Origin: a virus | Length of the DNA stretch: 64,000 nucleotides | Strand: one strand, 5' to 3' | IMG/VR virus record: IMGVR_UViG_3300020205_000565 | Span: 18,030 to 82,029 of that record | In this document: in pieces, positions 19,698-28,478 of the stretch | Layout: every line of letters begins with the position of its first letter | How positions within the stretch are numbered: the stretch's first letter is position 1 | The notes under the pieces: model-generated | Seen by the model: only the letters and a program-made list of their open reading frames with translations | Told to the model about the DNA's origin: nothing | Database searches by the model: none | Position numbers and translations under genes: made by a program

Positions 19698-22600
19698 TTA
19701 CTTGGTTTTCCAATTGTTAGGTAAGGCGTTTATTTTTACGCGTTTAGTCTCTCCTCCCTTTTTTTGTTTAGGATAAGTTGGACCATAAAGCTCACGTAAC
19801 TTAGTTTGTAAATCGGATAGGTATTTTGCTTGATTAGGGGTAAGCTCCCGCATTTTTACAGTTCCTGCGGCATCATCCCAGTATTTCATGCTGTTATTAA
19901 AATCACCTATTTCAGATAAAAGTCTTTTACGTACATTCGATACATGTTGTGTAGATGTGTAATCTAATAGACCATGTGACATAAATGGTTTTCCAATAAA
20001 TTTATCAAGCTTAACTGTAAAACCCCTTGGTGTTTCCATAGTTTGCGGTAGATTTGGATTTGTTGCACCTGTAGGAATGGTTTTCATAAAAAGTTTGTCT
20101 TGTACTTTTGTAGGGAGTAACCCTTGTATTTTTTTGGGAACTAAATCTGAAAATTTTATGAATGGTTCTATGTCCCATATGTCATTATATTCTAAACCAT
20201 TTTCCATTAATCTTTGGTTATATCCGCCCAGCAGGTAGTTATCTCTATGTAATGTTATAGCCTTGTCTAAAGGTTGCATAACCTCAGAAAACTTACTAGA
20301 TCCTTCGCCTGTAAGTCCTCTAGACATCCTATCAACTACTCCTGCAAATACTTTATCTTCAGGAATATTATAAATATCCATTCCTCTTAAAGATCCCGGT
20401 GGATAAGCAGCATGCAGGCTAGGAGCAGTATTCGCCATATTAAAAGTTCCGAATTGTTGGGGCATACCTAGATATGCTCTCCATCCGTCACTTCTTATTT
20501 GATTTTCAGCAAGTCTTTCTTCCCAAGCAGCCTTACTCATTTGAGTTCGTAAATTATTTTTCCAACCACCCCCTCTAATATTACTTATCGTCTGCTGAAC
20601 TTTATTTTGAGCTGGACCGAAACCCGAATATCCAATAGGTGTGAGATAATGATTAGCTAGTTCTGAGAATATTGGTTTATATCCTTGTCGTTGATTAGAT
20701 GTTATACCTACTTCAGCAAGTTGTCTCTGAGCAATTTCAAAATCAGTTAAACCTGCCTGTAGTCCTTCATTTTGAATTTGAGCTAATGCTCTTCTTGTAT
20801 TATACGATTCCATAAAAGCCGAAGTAATAGGCATTGCCGCCTCTACTCCTGTTTTTATTATAGCTCCTGCAAAAGGCGCTATTTCTAAAGCAGTAAATAA
20901 ATTCTTAGCAACAGCATCTGCATAATCAAGCGGATTACCTGTAGAGTTAGCATGTTTCCAAGGTTCCGAAACTCCTCCGCTCATTATTGTATTTGCCCCC
21001 TTTACTCCAAATCCGTAAGTTAAAGCATTACCTGCATTAAGCCAAGGAACAGCTTTTGGGGCTGCATTTAGGAGTTGTCTTACACCAGCCCCCGTAGCTT
21101 GCATAAGGGGGGATGATGATGTTGCTCCGTAAAGCATTTCTCCAAGACCTGCTAATCCCGCTTCACCAAGAGCAACAGGGGCCATTAATAAACTTTCAAA
21201 AATAGGCACACTAGGTAAACCTGCCGGATCGTTAGGATACGGCATCTGCCAGTCCGGATCTCCCGGTTGAGGAATCCTAGGTGTTAAACCATTTACCTGA
21301 TCCCATTTTGCAACAAATTCATCTTCTGCCATTCTTCTATCAGCAGCAGCATTAGCGTCAGCTTCTTCTTTAAGTTGTTTAAAATTAGCTGGTAACTTTT
21401 GTGTAGGTACTTTAGTAGACTCTGATACTGCTGTAGGTCTAGCAACTTTCCTTACATCTCCAACAAGATTTTGTTTTACAGGAGGAGCTGCATTTTTATA
21501 GTCAAGTATGTTTCTCCAATCTGGTGGGCCGTACTGAGCTTTAGGTAAACTATTTATCTTAACTCTTCTTAGATCTGGTACAGAGATACCTCCTCCGCTT
21601 TTATACTTAGGGTATTGACCGCTTTTTAACAAATCTATCTTTTGTTCTAAGTCAAGAGCTGGTCTATAGTTACGTCCAACTGATGGAGAGGCTGAACCAA
21701 AAGGAGCAATTTGATTCAGTTCAGTCTGAAGTGCTTTTGACAAATCGTCAACATACATGGTTGATGTATAGTTTAGGTTACCGTGCGACATGAATGGCTT
21801 TCCAACAAATTTACTTACCGGAATTTTCATTTGTCTAGCTTGTGTAACAAAGAATGGTTGATTACTATAGCCGCTAGAAGTATGGCTAGGATGTGTTGAG
21901 GCACGTGATATAGGAACCTCCTTATAAAAAAGTTTTTCTTTCCATTTTTCCGGCATGACCCTTTTAACGCTTTTTGGTACCAAGGATGAAAAATTAATTG
22001 TCGGATCTAAATCCCATATATCGTTATACTGTAATCCATCTTTTGTTAGTACTTTATTATACCCTCCCATAAGTATAGGATCCCTATCTAATAATATTGG
22101 TTTATCTAAGGGGCCCATACCATCTTCGCGTAGGCCGTATCTTGGCCCAATTGTATTAGTTACTTCGTCAAAGCCGGTACCAAATATTCTGTTTTCGGGA
22201 ATATTATAAATATCCATTCCTGCTAAAGATCCAGGCTTATAGGCCGGATGCATTACTGGAGCAGTATTTGCCATATTAAAAGTAAAATTTTTCTGAGGCA
22301 TACCTAAATAAGTTCTCCATGCGTCATCTCTTATATTCAGATCACGATTTGCCTGACGTATAGCATTTGCTTCAGCTGCAGATGTTTCTGCAGTTATGTT
22401 TCCCATAGCTGCTCGTCTTGGAGCTTCCCATCCATTAGTTTTAATATTACTCAAGGTTTGTGCAATCTTTGACTCACCTGCTCCGGTGTATCCAAAAGGC
22501 GTTACATACTTATTAAATAATTCTGATGCACCTGGGAAATACCCCCTACGTTGATTAGCTGTTATACCTACATCTGATAATTGTTTTTGTGCAATTTCAA

Positions 22601-25600
22601 AATCGTTTAGTCCTAGGGCCCTACCTCTTCTTTCAATTTCAGATAGTTGTCGTCCTACTTTTGTAGTATAATTACTAATCTGATTAGGGAGTCTAGGTAT
22701 ACCCCTAACAGCAGGAACTGCTGCAGATAAATCTAAATAATTACTTACTGCGTGATCTCTATATTTAGGGTCAAATAATCCTAAGGTTTGTCCTAATAAA
22801 TATTCACCCGGATGATCTACAATTTGTTCTCCTTGCCTATAAGCAGCGTTCCCTAAAAATCCTGGTAGACCTGCTGCCATATCTACTACAGAAGTCATAG
22901 GCGATCCTACACCATAACCTTCATAAGGATTATGCATTCCCATGTATCCACTTGGAATATCATAACCTCTATTAACAGCAGCTATAGTTTCCATAGGATG
23001 GCTTATAGCAGTCCATGCTCGTCTTGCAAATTTCTCAGTATCACTTCTAGTATCTGCACTAAGTTCATCCCTGCGTTTCAGTGCCTCCGGTAAAGCATCA
23101 TAAGCTGCTTTTTCTTTCATCATATCTAAAATCTGCGGACCACTTAAACCTTCCCAATCTATAGGGGCATTAAACATATTAGCAGGCCTTGTAGATTCTG
23201 CTACGGCTGACCCTGATATTAGATCCTGATTCATTTTTTTGAAATCAAAATCTGAAAAAACATTTTCATTTGCTGGGGCTGCTGATGCAGTCTTAGGTCT
23301 TGGTCGGAGATCAAATGTATGTTTATATTCATCAGGGATATTAATCCCAAGTTGAGGTTTAAAGTTAATACTAGGAGTAGGTAGTTTCTTTTGTTGGAGA
23401 TTAGCTGGAATATTTAATTTAACCTGCCCTTTAAGTTGATACTTATCTAGTTCTCCGCCTTCCTGTAATTTAAAACTTTCACTTGCTTCGTTCTTTCTCC
23501 TTTTTTGTAATCGTTTCTGTTGTTCTCTAAAGTCCTCAACTTCATTGATAGCATCCTTTACATCAGTATACATTTTAATATCAGGATTATAATTTACACG
23601 AGCTGTACCCCCGCTTGGACTATAAAATTGATTTTGTTGCGCATCATCTAACCATTGTGATGTAAGGGTAGCACCTAATAATTTTGAGGTATAAGTACCA
23701 TCGCCATTATCTTTCTTGTAATGCAAATAAGAAACACCAGGATTACCACTATCTTGTAATGTATAATTTTCACTGGAATCCTGAAATGTCTTAGAGTCTT
23801 CTTTAATATCTTCCGGTTGACCTTTTACTTCTACAGGTTTATCTATTACAGGTGTTTCTTGTTGTTTAGGTGTTTCTTCTTTTTTAGGAGGATTAAGTTT
23901 TGCTTTTAATTCTTTAATTGCGGAAGCCTTATCTTTATAAGGACTACCGCTTGTTCCAAACTTTTCTAAACGTTGTATCCTTTGTTTAGTAGTAAGTTTT
24001 TTCCAAGGAGTTACTGCAAGTTTATCGTAAGTATAAATAGAAACCTGGTCACCTGATACTAGATCTTCCATGCCCTTTAAATACTGAGGAGATATTCTAG
24101 TGTCATATAGCTGCATAGGTGAATCCATATTAAGAATAGTATTTGCGTTTTCCCTCTGTTGAAACTTATAATCATCTAACTTTTGGTATGCGTCAGTATC
24201 CCAAACGGGGTCTTGAAGACCATTGGTTGTCATGACTTCACCATTTTTGTATTTAGTTCCAGGTATTGATTTACCAGGAATAAGTCTAGAAATTTTCATA
24301 TTGTCATATATCCATTCTCTATCCTCTGGTTTAAACTGAACAGGTCCGCTATGAAAGCGTTTAGTATATCCAGCAGACTTATAAAAATTCATTATATCAT
24401 TTGCATGGTTTGCTACCATACTAGAATCTGCTGCCGTTGCTAATCCTCTTTGTGCTTTAGGTAATTCACCGCCCTTCTTACCCATTGGTATAGCATATGG
24501 ATCTTTTTTATTACCCGTAGATACTTGAGAGTCATGAATCTTTTTTAGTAAGTCTCCTCTACCACGAATTAATTTGTATAGGTCAAAACTTGTACCATCG
24601 TTATTTTTAATATCAGCATCAATGATGCTTTGTATTTCCTCATTAGTATAATCTTTTACAGGATCAATATTATTTTGCATACGCCATTCATTTAGTCTGG
24701 CTCTTATTTCAGTAGGATTATAATAATAGTCTGTTAATTTCTGCTTTTCACCAAAAAGACTTCCTAAACCACTTGATGAGTCCATGTCCTCCTTATTAGC
24801 AAAGGGTAAATAAACACCGCTTGCTTTATTAACTTGATCGGTACCTTCAGGACTTGGTTGTTTATATTCCTGCGGAATAATATTATCTAGTACGGCATCT
24901 TCTTTATTGTATGCTGGAGTTAACATTCCAGCAGGATTTTGAGGATGATTATAATCTAAATAGTGACTCTCTTCATGAGCCATTACACTTGGATTTTTAA
25001 ATCCACTTGGTGGTATGAATATAGAATTCATTAACGGTAATATGTTTACAGCGCGCGAAGCCATGTATACCCCTCCTGTATCAGGATGATCTTTGTCATA
25101 CTCTTCTTGAGAACCATAAGGCTGAAAGTCTACATTTGGTAGTCCCGCAAGTCTTCTATTAGCAACTTCTGTAAATTGCGGAAGTGCTGCTCTTTTAGTA
25201 TACCAGTCCCTATAAAAATCATTAACCTGATCCCTACTTTGAAAATAGTCATTTCTAAGTTCAGGATCATAACTATTCCAATCAATGTAATTCTGTGAAT
25301 GTCTTACTCCTGATGGTATTCTTGCTTCTGGTAAATCACCTGTAAATCCTAAACCCGGATATAACCCATATGGGTTATATCTTCCAAGATAAGGAACCTC
25401 ACCGTCGTATGAATATTGAATATCAGGTGATGGACCTAATTCAGCATCTACCTGACTCATAGAAGGTACGTTATCCATTCTAAAGGCAGAGGAACCATCA
25501 GGGTCATTTATGTGGCTCATGAAATAGTCAAGTCGTTTTTCCCCCAACTTCTGATCTCTAAAAAACCTATCTTGCTCTTCTAAAGGAAGTTGTTCTTTTT

Positions 25601-28478
25601 GAAGTGGTGTTAATTTCATAAATTTATCCCAATCATCCCACGTAGGTGTGCCCCCGTTTTGAAATTTAGCAGGTGTATATTTAGTATCAGGAGCTTTCGT
25701 AGGTTTAGGTGCTCCTGTAATAAACCCTTTTAAAGTTCTTCTAACTGAGCTGTTAGCATAATCTTGAATAGCATTAGTTCCTACTCTGTTATAAAGGTAG
25801 TTACCATCTTTAGATTTACTTTTATGTCTCCAAGGTTTTTCAGGATCTACAGCTCCACCATATGCATAGCCTCCTGCTTTTTTCTCCGCTTCTATTTCTT
25901 CTTGTACTTTTTTCAGTCTTGCTTTTTCTTGATCTCTTTGTTGCTGTTGATATTGTTCATAGGCAGCTTTTTCAGCATTTACCTCATCAACATTTCTCTT
26001 TTGCATTTCTAAAGCTTTTTTTCTAGTCCCGCGTCGTTCTTCAATAATATCAAGAGGTTGTCGTAAGTCATGCCACATCCGGGCATTGGGATTAAAGTCC
26101 ACACGTGCGGTACCTCCAGCTATGCTATCAAATTCTTTTTGTTGGTCAGGAGTTAAATAGTCTTCTGTTAAAACAACCCCCATGTTGCCACTTTTACCAT
26201 GGACAACCTCGCCATTCTCATCATAAACTGTTCTATACAAATAAGCAGCACCTCCCCCATTACCTGTTTCATGTAATGAATAATTTTCTCTTGCGCCACT
26301 CTGTACAGTTTGTTCTGACTTCTTCCCAGTATTACTTTTATTATCTTCCTGACCTACCTGCTCTTTTGAATTAGAGGTTGACGTAGTGGCGCCGCTACTT
26401 GTACCTGTGTTAGAAATAACATCTGTTGTTTTACCGGAAAGAAGATTTATTACAGTCTCTCTAGGATTACTTTCAGATTTAATCTTATTAAGCAATTCTA
26501 TGTTTTGCTTACCGGTACCACTATAATCTTTTATTCCGTATTTCTCAGCTAGTTTTTTCCTTTCGGAATAGCTACTTTGTTTTTTATCTAATCCTAATTC
26601 GGTTCTCATATAGTAACCTATATCAGTATTAGCGTTTGGTTCTTTTTTAACTATATTAATAGCTTCGTAAACACCATTTCCGCTAGTTGAATTACTACGA
26701 GTTTTTGGTTTTTTGGCCCACTTATTTTGGTCATATTCAGCCGCCCCCGACTGTGTAGCAGGGTACCCAGACTTAGCAGCATTAGCTATTGTCTGTGCAT
26801 CATATACCATAGGGTTTTTACCCCATTTATTTTTTTCGTATAGCGCCGCTCCTTCTTGTGTTGCAGCATATCCTGATTTAGCAGCATTACTTATGGTTTG
26901 TTTATCATACCCTTCAGCACGTCTTCCGCCATGAGCCATAGCAATGTCTGGATAATTTTGGATAAGTCTTGGATCATTCCAATCTTTAAATGGAGTACCG
27001 TCCAATATGCCATACTCTAATCTTTTTCTTTTATCTTCAGGACTTAGTATAGACCAAGGAGCCGTATAAAATTTTTCATATATCGGCATGTCGACAATAT
27101 CCGCGTTACCTGAAAAATATCCCGGAGCCGTACCTTGCAAACTAAAAGTAGATCTTGGATCTATTCTGATGTCGTATAATGCTTTTGGGGCATCTGTATT
27201 AAGAATTTTCTTATGGTCATCAGCATATTGTCTAAATCTATACGCGTTTTCCCATTCGGCAAGACTTTCGTTAGTTAAATTTTGTACACCTCCAATAAGA
27301 TTAAGTCCTCCTGCTAGCGCCATTGCCCCAGCTTCCCCTAAACTAAGAGAAGGTATTTCAACGTCGAACTTAGGTAAGTCTATTGCAAGACCGCCCTGGC
27401 CTAAATCATCTGATCCTATAATTGTTTGTCTTCCTCCCACATGCAAAGTTGTCGGAGTAGTGGATTTATCTGCAGCTTTTTTAATCTTATCCATACCTAT
27501 CATCCTCACACCATTTCTAGATCTGGCTGGTTCTTTATCTCCAACTTTAGATCCTCCATAGTAACCTTGAGAATTATACCAATCTATGACTTGTTGAGCA
27601 GAGTTTGCTACATCAAGGGAATCTTGAAAACTAGCAGGGCCACCAGGACCACCAGGGCCACCAGAGCCTCTTCCATACTGTGCTTTAGGTAATGAATGTA
27701 TCTTAACTCTTTTCATTGCCCCGCCATTTTTCTTATTTGGAAAAATAGATGAGTTACCCTCTTTTATATATTGCTCATATTGTCTAGCCTCCCCCTCTAA
27801 TGTTGATGGATCTGCATATTGTAAATTTTCAGCACCAACAAAAGATAAGTGACCATTCTCGTCTGGTTCAGAACCATTTCTTAGTTTATCCCTAGGAATA
27901 AACTGTAAACTTGGATCTTGCGCAATCATGTTATCTATAGTTCTATTTACGTCATTATCTCTTCTATTATAGTAACCTTCAATTGCTTCATTAGATGCTG
28001 TAGTCAAATTAGGTCTTTTACCTAATGGACCTAGAGAACTCATTCCACCGCTTAAATTTTGCAAGTGATGTAATAGTTCATGCTGCATCCACCAATCATT
28101 ATTCTCTATTGAGCCTGGTCTTGTATCTTGATTAATTTGACCTTGTACTGGGTTATATCCTGTATACTCATCTGTTTCATTTATTCTAGGATAAACAAAA
28201 TTTTGTAAAGCCTCTCTATATTGTGGAGGTAGTTGGTAGGATGGTCCTCCCATTTGAGCCATAGGAATTTCGTAGACCGAATTACCCGGAAACTGATAGT
28301 CTGCGCCAGGCATCATAAGTTTCCGGTTGCCAAAGTTATCAATACCTAGTATGGGTCCTTTTCTTAAAGGTGTTCCATCATCTTCTTTCATGGTAATCAT
28401 GCCAGAAGGAATTTGAAGATAAGGTTCGTTCTTGTCCTTAGAATTTTTTTTATAACCTTTGGTCGAAACTTTAGCCAT
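19698..28478 (-). CDS. Giant modular (polyvalent) cargo protein, 2926 aa: two zincin domains, a peptidoglycan-binding-like domain and three duplicated domains
   Basis: HELLH at 28068-28082; HEESH at 24963-24977 followed by TEIRAR; SSYSERKKLAEKYGIKDYSGTGKQNIELL (DUF3597-like); internal duplications; RVKIxxLP linker occurring three times. Confidence 0.7.
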   Translation of the reverse strand: MAKVSTKGYKKNSKDKNEPYLQIPSGMITMKEDDGTPLRKGPILGIDNFGNRKLMMPGADYQFPGNSVYEIPMAQMGGPSYQLPPQYREALQNFVYPRINETDEYTGYNPVQGQINQDTRPGSIENNDWWMQHELLHHLQNLSGGMSSLGPLGKRPNLTTASNEAIEGYYNRRDNDVNRTIDNMIAQDPSLQFIPRDKLRNGSEPDENGHLSFVGAENLQYADPSTLEGEARQYEQYIKEGNSSIFPNKKNGGAMKRVKIHSLPKAQYGRGSGGPGGPGGPASFQDSLDVANSAQQVIDWYNSQGYYGGSKVGDKEPARSRNGVRMIGMDKIKKAADKSTTPTTLHVGGRQTIIGSDDLGQGGLAIDLPKFDVEIPSLSLGEAGAMALAGGLNLIGGVQNLTNESLAEWENAYRFRQYADDHKKILNTDAPKALYDIRIDPRSTFSLQGTAPGYFSGNADIVDMPIYEKFYTAPWSILSPEDKRKRLEYGILDGTPFKDWNDPRLIQNYPDIAMAHGGRRAEGYDKQTISNAAKSGYAATQEGAALYEKNKWGKNPMVYDAQTIANAAKSGYPATQSGAAEYDQNKWAKKPKTRSNSTSGNGVYEAINIVKKEPNANTDIGYYMRTELGLDKKQSSYSERKKLAEKYGIKDYSGTGKQNIELLNKIKSESNPRETVINLLSGKTTDVISNTGTSSGATTSTSNSKEQVGQEDNKSNTGKKSEQTVQSGARENYSLHETGNGGGAAYLYRTVYDENGEVVHGKSGNMGVVLTEDYLTPDQQKEFDSIAGGTARVDFNPNARMWHDLRQPLDIIEERRGTRKKALEMQKRNVDEVNAEKAAYEQYQQQQRDQEKARLKKVQEEIEAEKKAGGYAYGGAVDPEKPWRHKSKSKDGNYLYNRVGTNAIQDYANSSVRRTLKGFITGAPKPTKAPDTKYTPAKFQNGGTPTWDDWDKFMKLTPLQKEQLPLEEQDRFFRDQKLGEKRLDYFMSHINDPDGSSAFRMDNVPSMSQVDAELGPSPDIQYSYDGEVPYLGRYNPYGLYPGLGFTGDLPEARIPSGVRHSQNYIDWNSYDPELRNDYFQSRDQVNDFYRDWYTKRAALPQFTEVANRRLAGLPNVDFQPYGSQEEYDKDHPDTGGVYMASRAVNILPLMNSIFIPPSGFKNPSVMAHEESHYLDYNHPQNPAGMLTPAYNKEDAVLDNIIPQEYKQPSPEGTDQVNKASGVYLPFANKEDMDSSSGLGSLFGEKQKLTDYYYNPTEIRARLNEWRMQNNIDPVKDYTNEEIQSIIDADIKNNDGTSFDLYKLIRGRGDLLKKIHDSQVSTGNKKDPYAIPMGKKGGELPKAQRGLATAADSSMVANHANDIMNFYKSAGYTKRFHSGPVQFKPEDREWIYDNMKISRLIPGKSIPGTKYKNGEVMTTNGLQDPVWDTDAYQKLDDYKFQQRENANTILNMDSPMQLYDTRISPQYLKGMEDLVSGDQVSIYTYDKLAVTPWKKLTTKQRIQRLEKFGTSGSPYKDKASAIKELKAKLNPPKKEETPKQQETPVIDKPVEVKGQPEDIKEDSKTFQDSSENYTLQDSGNPGVSYLHYKKDNGDGTYTSKLLGATLTSQWLDDAQQNQFYSPSGGTARVNYNPDIKMYTDVKDAINEVEDFREQQKRLQKRRKNEASESFKLQEGGELDKYQLKGQVKLNIPANLQQKKLPTPSINFKPQLGINIPDEYKHTFDLRPRPKTASAAPANENVFSDFDFKKMNQDLISGSAVAESTRPANMFNAPIDWEGLSGPQILDMMKEKAAYDALPEALKRRDELSADTRSDTEKFARRAWTAISHPMETIAAVNRGYDIPSGYMGMHNPYEGYGVGSPMTSVVDMAAGLPGFLGNAAYRQGEQIVDHPGEYLLGQTLGLFDPKYRDHAVSNYLDLSAAVPAVRGIPRLPNQISNYTTKVGRQLSEIERRGRALGLNDFEIAQKQLSDVGITANQRRGYFPGASELFNKYVTPFGYTGAGESKIAQTLSNIKTNGWEAPRRAAMGNITAETSAAEANAIRQANRDLNIRDDAWRTYLGMPQKNFTFNMANTAPVMHPAYKPGSLAGMDIYNIPENRIFGTGFDEVTNTIGPRYGLREDGMGPLDKPILLDRDPILMGGYNKVLTKDGLQYNDIWDLDPTINFSSLVPKSVKRVMPEKWKEKLFYKEVPISRASTHPSHTSSGYSNQPFFVTQARQMKIPVSKFVGKPFMSHGNLNYTSTMYVDDLSKALQTELNQIAPFGSASPSVGRNYRPALDLEQKIDLLKSGQYPKYKSGGGISVPDLRRVKINSLPKAQYGPPDWRNILDYKNAAPPVKQNLVGDVRKVARPTAVSESTKVPTQKLPANFKQLKEEADANAAADRRMAEDEFVAKWDQVNGLTPRIPQPGDPDWQMPYPNDPAGLPSVPIFESLLMAPVALGEAGLAGLGEMLYGATSSSPLMQATGAGVRQLLNAAPKAVPWLNAGNALTYGFGVKGANTIMSGGVSEPWKHANSTGNPLDYADAVAKNLFTALEIAPFAGAIIKTGVEAAMPITSAFMESYNTRRALAQIQNEGLQAGLTDFEIAQRQLAEVGITSNQRQGYKPIFSELANHYLTPIGYSGFGPAQNKVQQTISNIRGGGWKNNLRTQMSKAAWEERLAENQIRSDGWRAYLGMPQQFGTFNMANTAPSLHAAYPPGSLRGMDIYNIPEDKVFAGVVDRMSRGLTGEGSSKFSEVMQPLDKAITLHRDNYLLGGYNQRLMENGLEYNDIWDIEPFIKFSDLVPKKIQGLLPTKVQDKLFMKTIPTGATNPNLPQTMETPRGFTVKLDKFIGKPFMSHGLLDYTSTQHVSNVRKRLLSEIGDFNNSMKYWDDAAGTVKMRELTPNQAKYLSDLQTKLRELYGPTYPKQKKGGETKRVKINALPNNWKTK

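Noticed and set aside
19760-22660. Diversity-generating retroelement TR/VR pair
   Set aside because: The duplicated copies are both coding and diverge at all base types rather than only at adenines. No reverse transcriptase is present in the window.
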